From the NCBI GenBank assembly GCA_007376185.1, contig VMFS01000001.1:10768-74767 (forward strand): a DNA stretch of 64,000 nt, given 5' to 3'. The first letter of the stretch is position 1. Each line of letters begins with the position of its first letter. A program made the position numbers and the translations under genes. This DNA is from Parcubacteria group bacterium Gr01-1014_30. Lineage in GTDB: Bacteria; Patescibacteriota; Minisyncoccia; Minisyncoccales; 2-12-FULL-40-12. Positions 47,787-57,366 of this stretch are shown here, one piece after another. The notes below the pieces were generated by a model. The model did not search any database and was not told the DNA's origin. It saw only the letters and a program-made list of their open reading frames with translations.

Positions 47787-48167
47787 ATGCAGGGCAAACA
47801 ACTGGGAAGTTTTGGTGAGAAAATCGCGGAAAATTTTCTGAAAAAGAGAGGGTATAAGATTTTGGACAGAAATTATTACTCAAAATTCGCTGCGGGGCCT
47901 CTGCGCGGAGAAGTTGACATAGTGGCAAAAAGGGACAACGTTATCAGCTTTATTGAAGTAAAAACTCTGCTTTCTCAAGAAGCTTTTCTCCCCGAAGACA
48001 AGGTTGACTGGAAAAAGCAGAGAAAACTCGTGAGAACTGCCGAAAGCTGGCTAATGAAAAACAGAATTCCTTTGGAGTCGCCTTGGCAGATTGACGTGGT
48101 AGCGATCATTACCGACTTTAGTCGCAAATCTGCCAAAATAAGGCACTTCAAGAACGCTATCTGTTAA
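47787..48167 (+). CDS. yraN: YraN/UPF0102 family nuclease
   Basis: G..GE..A..FL...GYKILDRN, GEVDIVA, FIEVK. Confidence 0.9.
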   Translation: MQGKQLGSFGEKIAENFLKKRGYKILDRNYYSKFAAGPLRGEVDIVAKRDNVISFIEVKTLLSQEAFLPEDKVDWKKQRKLVRTAESWLMKNRIPLESPWQIDVVAIITDFSRKSAKIRHFKNAIC

Positions 48168-48219
48168 AGTGCTTTAAGGCACTTTTTTTATTTTGGAAAA
48201 AGGGTATAATAAATAAAAT

Positions 48220-48486
48220 ATGTTAGAAAAGAAAGAAAAAACAAAAATAATAGAAAAATACAAACTGCACGAGAAAGACACTGGTTCTACGGAAGTTCAA
48301 ATAGCCCTGCTGACGCAAGAAATAGACCGTCTGCTTTCGCATCTCAAAAAGCACAGAAAGGACTTCCACTCAAAAAGAGGTCTTTTAAAGCAAGTTGCCA
48401 AAAGAAGAAAACTCCTCGGCTATTTGAAAGAAGAAGACGAACCAAGGTACAAAAGTATTGCTAAGAAAATAGGACTAAAAAAATAG
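48220..48486 (+). CDS. rpsO: 30S ribosomal protein S15
   Basis: [25 protein letters not shown]. Confidence 0.97.
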   Translation: MLEKKEKTKIIEKYKLHEKDTGSTEVQIALLTQEIDRLLSHLKKHRKDFHSKRGLLKQVAKRRKLLGYLKEEDEPRYKSIAKKIGLKK

Positions 48487-48621
48487 AAATCCGAAGCACG
48501 AAGCACGAAATCCGAAACAATGCTTAAATTACCAAAATCCAAATGACCAAAACTGGTTTTAAACATTTAAACATTAGAATTTTGAATTTGTTTCGAATTT
48601 CGATATTCGAATTTCGAATTT
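48487..48621. repeat. Heptamer inverted-repeat element, empty form
   Basis: (AAATCCG/AAGCACG)n AAACAA...ATGACCAAAAC-TG-GTTTT...TTGTTT(CGAATTT)n. Confidence 0.85.
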
Positions 48622-48629
48622 AACAATTT

Positions 48630-49136
48630 ATGGCTATTAAGCACATCGGTCAGCGAGTTGGCGTGTTGATTGACGTTCAAAACCTGTATCACTCTGCCAA
48701 GAACTTGTATGGCGCGAGAGTGAACTTTAGGGAAATTTTGCGGTTGGCGGTCTCGGGAAGAAACTTAATAAGAGCGCTCGCCTATGTAGTGCGTACGAAA
48801 ACCGGCGAGGAAAAACCGTTTTTTGATGCGCTAACCAAATTGGGTATTGAAACGAGGATCCGTGATTTGCAGGAGTTTTACGGAGGCATGAAAAAAGCCG
48901 ACTGGGACGTAGGCATCACCATTGACGCAGTGAGAATAGCTCCGGACGTTAACGCTGTAGTTTTGGCTTCGGGCGACGGCGATTTTTTGCAACTTGTTGA
49001 GTATTTAAAGAACCAAGGCAAAAGAGTGGAAATTATGGCTTTTGGCCGTTCTGCTTCCTCGCGATTGAAAGAAGCGGCTGACGAATTTATTGACCTAGGG
49101 CAAACCCCCGCAAAATATTTGCTTAAAGGCCGTTGA
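48630..49136 (+). CDS. NYN/LabA-DUF88 PIN-like domain protein
   Basis: IDVQNLY, KADWDVGI.ID, SGDGDF, ADEF. Confidence 0.9.
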   Translation: MAIKHIGQRVGVLIDVQNLYHSAKNLYGARVNFREILRLAVSGRNLIRALAYVVRTKTGEEKPFFDALTKLGIETRIRDLQEFYGGMKKADWDVGITIDAVRIAPDVNAVVLASGDGDFLQLVEYLKNQGKRVEIMAFGRSASSRLKEAADEFIDLGQTPAKYLLKGR

Positions 49137-49231
49137 GGCTTCGCCTCCTCTGCCCGAGCGTAGCAAAGGGCGTGAGAGGAACGAAGTTCAGCGAACACAT
49201 CTGTGTTTTTAATAAATTAAAAACTTGATAA

Positions 49232-51352
49232 ATGACAGATTATAAATTGGAAATGGGCGGCAGAGAACTTGTTGTAAATATGAATGAACTTGCCGAAATG
49301 GCAAACGGCAGCTGTTCAGTCAGGTATGGAGATACCGTGGTCCTGAGTACGGCCGTGATGTCTCAGCAAGAGCGCGACCTCGGCTTTTTCCCATTAACCG
49401 TGGACTATGAAGAAAGATATTACGCCGCAGGCAAAATCTTGGGCTCAAGGTACATCAGACGAGAAAGCAGGCCTTCAGACGAAGCCATACTGACCTCACG
49501 CCTGATTGACAGGGCCATAAGGCCTCTTTTCCCGCCGCGGTTGAGAAAAGAGATTCAGGTGATTTTAACCTGCCTGTCCTGGGACAGAGAAAACGACCCT
49601 GACATTTTAGGGCTCATGGGCGCGTCTTTGTCTCTTTCGGTCTCAAACATTCCCTGGTCAGGACCCGTGGCTTGCTTGAGAATAGGCCGCGAACAAGGAA
49701 GCTTGATTTTGAATCCGACCTACAAACAAAGGGAAGCAAGCGATTTGGATTTGGTTTTGGCCGGCGTGGAGAGAAGAGGGGAAATTTTTGTCAATATGAT
49801 TGAAGCTGAAGGAGACCAGATACCAGAAGAAATCATATTGGCAGCTTACAAGTTCGCCGAGCCAGAATTAAAAAAAATTATCGCCTTCCAAAACAAAATT
49901 GCCGAGGACTTGGGCCAAAAAAAGGCCTCTTTAAAAGAGAGTAAACCCGACTTGGAGCTGGAAAAAGAAATTAAAAAATTCCTTGGAAAACGGCTTAAGG
50001 AAGCTCTCTTTAACCAAGGCAAAAAAGAACGGGGGACGAATGTCAACGAACTCAAAGAAGAGCTGGCTCATTTCATTGAAAGTGAACACGAGGGAGAAAA
50101 CAAGACAGAGTTGGCCAGAGAGTTTTTTGAAAAAGAGATTGATAAATTAATTCACCAAGAAGCTATAAAAGAAGAAAAGAGGGTTGACGGCAGAAAGTTG
50201 GATGAAATTCGTCAAATCAGCACCCAAGTCGGGCTTTTGCCAAGAACTCACGGCTCAGGCCTCTTTCAGAGAGGGCAAACCAAAACACTTTCCATACTCA
50301 CGCTCGGAGCTCCCGGAGACGTTAAACTTCTTGAAGGAATGGAAATAGTGGGCAAAAAAAGATTTATGCACCACTACAACTTCCCGCCTTATTCTGTTGG
50401 CGAAGTGAGACCTTTGAGGGGGCCAGGCAGAAGAGACATCGGCCACGGCATGCTCGTGGAAAAAGCGCTCCTGCCCGTAGTGCCAGACGTTGACCAATTC
50501 CCTTACACCATCAGAGTGGTTTCGGAGATCCTCTCTTCAAACGGGTCAACATCCATGGCTTCTTGCTCGTCAGCCTCTTTGGCCTTAATGGACGCCGGAG
50601 TGCCAACTTCAGCTGCGGTTGCCGGGATTTCCATTGGGTTGATGCAGGAAGGTCGCAATTACAAACTTTTAGTAGACATTCAAGGACCAGAAGACCACCA
50701 CGGAGATATGGATTTTAAGGTGGCCGGCACCAAAAACGGCATTACCGCAATTCAAATGGACGTTAAGATTGCAGGAATAAGTAAAGAGGTTTTAGAGGAA
50801 TCTTTGTCTCTGGCCAAAAAAATAAGAATTCAAATTTTAGACAAAATGGCGCAAACCTTGCCCTCACCGAGACAAAAGCTTTCTCCCCTAGCCCCGAGAA
50901 TCTTAACCCTTCAAATCAACCCGGAGAAAATCAGAGAAGTGATTGGACCTGGCGGCAAGGTAATAAACAAAATAATACAGGACTGCGGCGTTTTAATTGA
51001 CATTGAGGATTCGGGGCTCGTCTTTGTCACCTCTGAAAAAGAGGAGTCGGCTCTGCAAGCCCTCGACTGGATAAAAAATATCGTGAGAGAAGCAAAACCC
51101 GGAGAGGTATTTGAAGGCAAGGTGAAAAGAATTCTTGACTTTGGAGCTTTTGTTGAAATACTGCCCGGGCAAGAAGGAATGATTCATATTTCGCAACTGG
51201 CGCCCCACAGAGTTCGCAGAGTTGAAGATGTGGTAAAAGTTGGAGACACTGTTCAGGTAAAGGTACTTAACATTGATGAGCAAGGAAGGATAAACTTAAC
51301 CCTTCTCCAAGGAAAACAAAATACTAAAGCGCAAATCATAAGCTCAAAATAG
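49232..51352 (+). CDS. pnp: Polyribonucleotide nucleotidyltransferase
   Basis: FFPLTVDY, HYNFPPYS, SNGSTSMAS, GDMDFKVAG, KH and S1 domains. Confidence 0.97.
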   Translation: MTDYKLEMGGRELVVNMNELAEMANGSCSVRYGDTVVLSTAVMSQQERDLGFFPLTVDYEERYYAAGKILGSRYIRRESRPSDEAILTSRLIDRAIRPLFPPRLRKEIQVILTCLSWDRENDPDILGLMGASLSLSVSNIPWSGPVACLRIGREQGSLILNPTYKQREASDLDLVLAGVERRGEIFVNMIEAEGDQIPEEIILAAYKFAEPELKKIIAFQNKIAEDLGQKKASLKESKPDLELEKEIKKFLGKRLKEALFNQGKKERGTNVNELKEELAHFIESEHEGENKTELAREFFEKEIDKLIHQEAIKEEKRVDGRKLDEIRQISTQVGLLPRTHGSGLFQRGQTKTLSILTLGAPGDVKLLEGMEIVGKKRFMHHYNFPPYSVGEVRPLRGPGRRDIGHGMLVEKALLPVVPDVDQFPYTIRVVSEILSSNGSTSMASCSSASLALMDAGVPTSAAVAGISIGLMQEGRNYKLLVDIQGPEDHHGDMDFKVAGTKNGITAIQMDVKIAGISKEVLEESLSLAKKIRIQILDKMAQTLPSPRQKLSPLAPRILTLQINPEKIREVIGPGGKVINKIIQDCGVLIDIEDSGLVFVTSEKEESALQALDWIKNIVREAKPGEVFEGKVKRILDFGAFVEILPGQEGMIHISQLAPHRVRRVEDVVKVGDTVQVKVLNIDEQGRINLTLLQGKQNTKAQIISSK

Positions 51353-51359
51353 ATTATTC

Positions 51360-53264
51360 ATGGCGAAAAAAGACCAAGCAAAAACAACTTTCTTGCAAGG
51401 CGCGAAAATCAGAACGATGAAAAAAGACATCGTCTGGCTGCAGTCTGGCGGCAAAGAAAAACTGCAGGCCTTAAAAGAAGAGAGGCAAGAGAGGGTCAAA
51501 AAACTGCTGGAGCAAAAGCGTTTCGCTAAAGAGGAACAAGAGGCCGTTGAAAAAATAAGGGAGACAGCCCAAGTTGAGGAAGAAAGAGAGGAAGAAGAGC
51601 AAAGAAGACAGTTGGAAGAGGCGAGGAAAAAAGCTGAAGAAGCAAGAAAGAAAGCAGAGGAAGAAAAAAAGAAAATAGAAGAAGAGCTGGCCCAGGAAGA
51701 ACGGGAAGGAGCCATAGCCGAGGCAGAAAGAGAAAGAATAGAGGAAAAGAGAGAAAAGATTATTGAAGAGCTGAGAGTAAGAGAGGAAGAGGAAAAAAGA
51801 CGGCTCCAAGAACTTGAAAAGAAAACGCAAGAACAGCTCCAGAAAGAGAAAGAAGAAGAAAAGGCAAAAAGAGAGCAAGAGCAAAAAAAGAGGGTTGAGG
51901 AAGGGCTACGTAAAATAGTAGCGGAGAGGAAAGTTCAGGAGCTGAAAAAAAGCGCCATTTTGGAAAAAATGGCGCCCGTTGTAAAGTCCTTGAATGCAAT
52001 CTCAATAAAAAGTGCGAATCTGGAAGAGGAGTTAAAGAAAGTTGAAGAAAAAGAGTCGCAAGCAACTGGGGATAAAGAAAGAAGAGAAGCTGAAAAAAGA
52101 AGGTGGGATTTGGAAGAAAAAAGGCGGCTGGCGGAGCAGGAAAAGTGGTCTTGGCTAGAGGAAAAAAAGAAATTTCAGGAAACATTGGGCAAAATTGAGG
52201 AAGAATATCAGCAAGTCCTGGCAAAAGAAAGAATGCTGAGAGAAGAGCAAAAAGAAATTATCGCTAAAGCCAACAGGGTCAAACTAAAAACAGAAAGAGA
52301 GGGCTTAGAAGGTCAGCTTAAAGAGCTTCATGAAGCCCAAAGCGCGCAAAAAGTGCGAAAAGTAAAAGTATATAAAGAGCTACTGGCCTTGGAAGACGAC
52401 CTGAAGGTTGTCATGGAAATAGAAAGGAAAACGGAAGAGCAAAAAGTCATGCTTGACAAAAAAGAGCAGTCCATGCCCGAACAAGAAAAGTCCGAACTTA
52501 AAAAAGAGAGGTGGGAAATAGAAGAAAAGAGAAGGGCCGTTGAGAAGAAGCGCTGGGGCTTAGAGGATGAAAAAGAAAAAGTGGAGACCAAGGCACAAAA
52601 GGTCGAACAAGAACTCCGACAGTTGGAAGAAAAAGAGAACCGCCTCTCAGCAAGAATAAAAGCGATAGACGAAGCGCTGACTCAAGGCAAAGGAGAGACC
52701 GCAGAAAAAGTCACAGCTACTCCCTCGCGCGCCAAAGAACCGCCCGCGGAAAAAGTTATCCCTGAAGCGCAGACGGAAGTCAAAGAGGAAAAACCGAAAC
52801 GACCTGAGGGAAAAGAGCCCGAAATCGAAAAACCGGAAGAAGCGCTAAAAAAACGGCTTGAAGAGGCTGTAAAGCGGCTGGGAGTGCTGAAAGCACAAAA
52901 AGAGCGGGAAAAAGAAGAAGCCAAAGCAAGAATAAGTAAGATTGCCTTTGCTCCACCGCCAAGTACGCCCCTTCCTCCACTCGAGCGCAACGATAATCGT
53001 TCGCAGAGGAACCTTGGACTAAGGCCAAAACCAATAGAAATTATCAGGCCTCTGCCGGAAAAGCCGACGTTTTTGGAAAAGTTTGGCATTAGGATTGCGA
53101 TTTTGTCGTTGGTTTTCTTAATTTTAACCGTGATTATCGTTTTTTGGATTTGGTTTTTAAGAATGAGGCGGCCCTCTGAACTCCCTCCCCTTTTGCCGCG
53201 CGAGCAACGAGAATCCTTAACTCCGCCCCAACAAGAAACTACAACTTTACCTCAAACACAATAA
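51360..53264 (+). CDS. Long E/K-rich coiled-coil protein with a C-terminal TM
   Basis: IRTMKKDI N-motif, recurring RRW..EEKR units, single TM near the C-terminus. Confidence 0.75.
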   Translation: MAKKDQAKTTFLQGAKIRTMKKDIVWLQSGGKEKLQALKEERQERVKKLLEQKRFAKEEQEAVEKIRETAQVEEEREEEEQRRQLEEARKKAEEARKKAEEEKKKIEEELAQEEREGAIAEAERERIEEKREKIIEELRVREEEEKRRLQELEKKTQEQLQKEKEEEKAKREQEQKKRVEEGLRKIVAERKVQELKKSAILEKMAPVVKSLNAISIKSANLEEELKKVEEKESQATGDKERREAEKRRWDLEEKRRLAEQEKWSWLEEKKKFQETLGKIEEEYQQVLAKERMLREEQKEIIAKANRVKLKTEREGLEGQLKELHEAQSAQKVRKVKVYKELLALEDDLKVVMEIERKTEEQKVMLDKKEQSMPEQEKSELKKERWEIEEKRRAVEKKRWGLEDEKEKVETKAQKVEQELRQLEEKENRLSARIKAIDEALTQGKGETAEKVTATPSRAKEPPAEKVIPEAQTEVKEEKPKRPEGKEPEIEKPEEALKKRLEEAVKRLGVLKAQKEREKEEAKARISKIAFAPPPSTPLPPLERNDNRSQRNLGLRPKPIEIIRPLPEKPTFLEKFGIRIAILSLVFLILTVIIVFWIWFLRMRRPSELPPLLPREQRESLTPPQQETTTLPQTQ

Positions 53265-53344
53265 CCAATATGCCGGGTAGTAGAAATTCGACTGCCGCCT
53301 CGGCAGCAAAAATAATATAATTAGCCGAATTTTCACTACTTAGT

Positions 53345-53710
53345 ATGGACAAAGACTTCATAAATAGAAGCAAAGAAAAACTGGAGGCGCTAAAGAGCAC
53401 CATTGAAAAAGAACTCCAAGTATTTGCAACAAAGGATAAAAACTTAAAAGATGACTGGGACACGAAGTTCCCTAAGTTTAACGGATCTTCTGGCGGCCAA
53501 ATGATGGAAGACGAGGCAGAAGAAGTCACAGAATATGCATCGCGCCTGCCCGTAGAATACAGCTTGGAAACGCGACTCGGAAACATTAATGCGGCTTTGG
53601 AAAAGATAAAGAAGGGCCGCTATGGGAAATGCGAAAAGTGCGGCGGGGACATTTCTCAAAAAAGGTTACAAGTAATTCCCGAAGCAAAAACCTGCCTCAA
53701 GTGTGACTGA
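53345..53710 (+). CDS. DksA/TraR C4 zinc-finger protein
   Basis: AL.KI..GRYGKCEKCG..I...RL..IPEA.TC..C. Confidence 0.88.
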   Translation: MDKDFINRSKEKLEALKSTIEKELQVFATKDKNLKDDWDTKFPKFNGSSGGQMMEDEAEEVTEYASRLPVEYSLETRLGNINAALEKIKKGRYGKCEKCGGDISQKRLQVIPEAKTCLKCD

Positions 53711-53712
53711 AT

Positions 53713-55230
53713 ATGTTAGCTAAGGTCTTTTCAGCTGCCATAGTGGGCTTGGACGCCCAGCTTATTGAAGTAGAGGTGGAAACAAGTTACGGCCTTCGCC
53801 ATTTTGCCATTGTGGGTTTGCCCGACAAAGCAGTGGAAGAGGCAAAAGAAAGAGTGGCTTCGGCCGTCAAAAGTTCCGGCTTCCAATCGCCCAACCAGCA
53901 ACCTGTTAGGATTTTGGTTTCTTTGGCTCCCGCCGACTTGAAAAAAGAAGGGTCGCTCTACGACCTGCCCATAGCTTTGGGCTATCTTTTGGCGGCCAAG
54001 AAGGTAAAATTTGAACACTCAAACAGGATTTTCCTGGGAGAGTTGGCTTTAGACGGCCGCCTGAGGCCCATAAAGGGAGTGGTGTCTTTTGCCATCGCCG
54101 CCAAAGAAAAGGGAATTTCAGAAATAATTTTACCGAAAGAAAACGCTCAGGAAGCTGCTTTAATAAAAGGAGTAAAGGTTGTCGGCGTCGAGAACCTAAA
54201 AGAGGTTATTGACTATTTGGAAGGCAGCAAAGAAATTAGCAGCTTGCACTTGGACCCCGAACTGTGGAGAAGCCAAAGGGAGTACTCAATGGACCTCTGC
54301 TACGTCAAAGGCCAGGAGTCCTCAAAAAGAGCTTTGGAGATTGCGGCTTCCGGAGATCATAACCTTTTAATGACTGGGCCTCCGGGAGCCGGCAAAACCA
54401 TTATGGCGAAATCCCTACCCTCCATACTGCCTCCTCTAGAGTTTGAAGAAGCCCTGGAAGTAACAAAGATTTACAGCGTGGCCGGCCTCCTGCCAAAAAA
54501 CAGGCCCCTGATTTCAGCCAGGCCCTTTCGCTCCCCCCACCACACCAGCTCTGAAGCCGCCCTCATTGGCGGAGGAACCCCGCCAAAGCCCGGCGAAATA
54601 ACGCTTTCCCACAGAGGCGTTTTGTTTTTAGACGAATTCCCTGAGTTCCATCGCGATGTTTTGGAGTCCTTGCGCCAGCCTCTTGAAGATAGGCAAATTA
54701 CCGTAATGCGCGCCAGACATTCAACAACCTTCCCTTGCTCCTTCCAGCTGGTGGCTTCAGCCAATCCATGTCCTTGCGGAAACTTGGGAGACGAAGAAAA
54801 AAATTGCGGCTGCACAACCTCCCAGGTTAGAATGTACACAAGAAAAATGTCGGGCCCTCTAATGGACAGGGTTGACTTATTTATAAACGTTCCCAAGTTA
54901 AAGTACGAGAAGCTGGCCGCAGACCAGGAAAAATGCTCTTGCGAGGAAACGAGAGAAAGGGTGAAAAGCGCGCGAGAAATTCAAAAAGCGCGTTTTAACA
55001 AAACTGCTACCAACTCCGAAATGACCCTGCCTCAAATAAAAAAGCACTGCCAAGTAAATAGTTCTTCCTCTGAGCTCTTAAAAAAATACGTTGATTCTGG
55101 AAAACTTTCTGCCAGGGGCTACCACCGTGTTTTAAAAGTTGCCAGAACAATAGCCGATTTGGACAACTCATCAAGCGTCAAGTATAGCCACGTTTCGGAA
55201 GCTTTAATGTACAGAGTAAGGGCGGACTAA
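53713..55230 (+). CDS. comM: ComM/YifB Mg-chelatase-like AAA+ ATPase
   Basis: VGLPD.AV.EA.ERV, GPPGAGKT, PFRSPHH, LFLDEFPEF, NPCPCG, ARTIADL. Confidence 0.93.
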   Translation: MLAKVFSAAIVGLDAQLIEVEVETSYGLRHFAIVGLPDKAVEEAKERVASAVKSSGFQSPNQQPVRILVSLAPADLKKEGSLYDLPIALGYLLAAKKVKFEHSNRIFLGELALDGRLRPIKGVVSFAIAAKEKGISEIILPKENAQEAALIKGVKVVGVENLKEVIDYLEGSKEISSLHLDPELWRSQREYSMDLCYVKGQESSKRALEIAASGDHNLLMTGPPGAGKTIMAKSLPSILPPLEFEEALEVTKIYSVAGLLPKNRPLISARPFRSPHHTSSEAALIGGGTPPKPGEITLSHRGVLFLDEFPEFHRDVLESLRQPLEDRQITVMRARHSTTFPCSFQLVASANPCPCGNLGDEEKNCGCTTSQVRMYTRKMSGPLMDRVDLFINVPKLKYEKLAADQEKCSCEETRERVKSAREIQKARFNKTATNSEMTLPQIKKHCQVNSSSSELLKKYVDSGKLSARGYHRVLKVARTIADLDNSSSVKYSHVSEALMYRVRAD

Positions 55231-56417
55231 CGGGAAAACGGATTTCTTGCCCCGGTTACTCCAAAGTGCACGTGACATCCTGTTGACATTCCTGCTCCGG
55301 CTGAACCTGGCTGACCTCCCATTAAAGCTATTGTTTGGCCTTGTGACACCTGCTGCCCTTGGCCGACCAAGCTCGTTGAAATGTGCCCGTACATCGTTAC
55401 CACGCCGTTTGGATGAAGTATCGTTATGTGGTTACCGGCTCCCCCAAAAGCGTACCTGGAGTCAGAAGAAGTCAAAGCCACTCTCTGAGCCTGACCTTGC
55501 GCCGCGGCTCGAACAATATCGCCGCATCTTCCTGAAAAGTCAATGGCGTTGTACCAATGAAGTCCTTGACTCACGCGGCAGGAACCAGTCGGGCAAATAA
55601 AGTAGCTATCGCCCAAAGGAGCATTGGGCGTGGCAATCGTTTTTGTCGGAGACGGCATGACACCCCCTGGAACAATAATAATATCTCCTATATAAATTGA
55701 GCCCTCTTGAGTAAGTTCATTGAAAGCGATAATTTGTTCCGTCTCAACCTTATATCTCTCGGCAATGCTTGAAATAGTGTCTTTTTCCTTAACGTGGTGT
55801 ATGACCCCGGAAACCGGCGGAATCACGAGTTTCTGCCCAACTTTCAGAGAGGAGCTTTTAGTTAAGTCGTTAGCCCAAAGAAGGGTGTCCAAAGAAACAT
55901 CAAACTCTTTAACCAAAGACGACAAAGTATCTCCCGCCTCAACGACGTATTCGGTAACAACTTTTCTCTGGGCTTTAGCGTCATCCGTCAAAAATAAAGC
56001 TCCCAGCGCTTGAGGGGTTATGACAGCTGTCGGAGCCGCGGCGAGTAAGCTGGAATTGCCCAAAAGCATAAGCTCGGGAGAGCCGAACAACAACCCTTCA
56101 TTCGCCCCCATAAATGGGGCTGGAACCGACTGACTTGAGCTTTCAGAGATGGCGGCCGAAAGCAGTGTTTTGCCTCCGTATCTTGGATATTTTGCCGCCA
56201 AGGAAAAGCCAATTGTCAAAATTACAAAAAAAACCGCGAAAAATGCCGCAAAATAAAGGAAGAGGCTTGACAGAGACCCTCTTTTGAAAATTAACTTTAC
56301 TTTCTTTTTTAATTTTTTTAGGCCAGAGTTCAGTCGCTGAGCTCCTCGGAGCCGAGCGAGGCGCGAGAGGAGCCGAAGGCTCCTCGAGCGCTTATCCAAA
56401 GGCAAAAATATGCCCAT
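55227..56417 (-). CDS. LysM x2 plus M23 peptidase (start uncertain)
   Basis: YVVEAGDTLS, HVKEKDTISSIA; HWYNAID and HVH zinc motifs. Confidence 0.88.
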   Translation of the reverse strand: MGIFLPLDKRSRSLRLLSRLARLRGAQRLNSGLKKLKKKVKLIFKRGSLSSLFLYFAAFFAVFFVILTIGFSLAAKYPRYGGKTLLSAAISESSSQSVPAPFMGANEGLLFGSPELMLLGNSSLLAAAPTAVITPQALGALFLTDDAKAQRKVVTEYVVEAGDTLSSLVKEFDVSLDTLLWANDLTKSSSLKVGQKLVIPPVSGVIHHVKEKDTISSIAERYKVETEQIIAFNELTQEGSIYIGDIIIVPGGVMPSPTKTIATPNAPLGDSYFICPTGSCRVSQGLHWYNAIDFSGRCGDIVRAAAQGQAQRVALTSSDSRYAFGGAGNHITILHPNGVVTMYGHISTSLVGQGQQVSQGQTIALMGGQPGSAGAGMSTGCHVHFGVTGARNPFSR

Positions 56418-56447
56418 ATTTTATAAATCTACTTCATTGCAAGGACA

Positions 56448-57281
56448 ATGTCAAGGGTCAAAAACGTCTTTAAAAAACACCGCATTCAGCCTTTAAAGCG
56501 CCTCGGGCAGCACTTTTTAGTCGATAAATTCGCGCTTTTTAAGGTGATTTCGGCCTCTGAGCTAAAAACTCAAAACGTTGTTTTGGAAATTGGGCCCGGA
56601 ACAGGCCTTTTAACCCAAGAGTTGGCAAAAAGATCCCGAAAGGTCATCGCTGTTGAAAAAGACCCGAAAATGATTGACATACTTTCAGAGACATTAAAAG
56701 GTTTTAGGAATATTGAAGTTATGTGGGGGGACATACTTAAAATGCAAAGCGCAAAACTAAAAGCGAAAAATAGCAACGTAAAATTCAAAATTGTCGGGAA
56801 CTTGCCGTTTTATTTGACGGCGCCAGTTATACGAAAATTCCTTGAGGCAAAAGTCCAGCCGGAATTGATGGTCCTTGTGGTTCAAAAAGAAGTGGCTCAA
56901 AGAATTTGTTCAAAGCCTCCCAAGATGAACCTTTTAACCGTCGCAGTACAATTCTACGCCGATCCGAAAATTGTCGCCTATATCCCTAAAACCTCCTTCT
57001 GGCCCCAGCCCAAAGTTGACTCGGCCATTCTCAAGATAACTCCCCGTGCCGATAAATATGAGGCAGACAAATCATTTGTAAACAAGTTTTTTCGACTCGT
57101 TAAAGCTGGTTTTTCTCACCCAAGAAAACAGCTTGTAAACAACCTGTCACAAGGGTTAAAACTAAACAAAGAAGAGACGGTAGCTTTGCTCTCACAAAAC
57201 AATATTAAGCCAGAACAAAGAGCTGAAACACTATCACTTGAAAACTGGCGCGCTCTCGCCAAAAGCAGTATAACCAGGTAG
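56448..57281 (+). CDS. rsmA: 16S rRNA m6,2A dimethyltransferase
   Basis: LGQHFL, LEIGPGTG, GNLPFY, QKEVA.R, P.PKVDS. Confidence 0.96.
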   Translation: MSRVKNVFKKHRIQPLKRLGQHFLVDKFALFKVISASELKTQNVVLEIGPGTGLLTQELAKRSRKVIAVEKDPKMIDILSETLKGFRNIEVMWGDILKMQSAKLKAKNSNVKFKIVGNLPFYLTAPVIRKFLEAKVQPELMVLVVQKEVAQRICSKPPKMNLLTVAVQFYADPKIVAYIPKTSFWPQPKVDSAILKITPRADKYEADKSFVNKFFRLVKAGFSHPRKQLVNNLSQGLKLNKEETVALLSQNNIKPEQRAETLSLENWRALAKSSITR

Positions 57282-57366
57282 GGAAAGTTCGGCCGTCTTC
57301 GCCGTTTTATAGCCGCCGAAGGCGGCTATGCCGAACTTTCGCTACCTGGTATAATTCAATAATCCA

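Noticed and set aside
51471..52224. Phe/Leu-rich minus-strand ORFs resembling membrane proteins
   Set aside because: Reverse complement of the GAA/AAA-rich coiled-coil gene.
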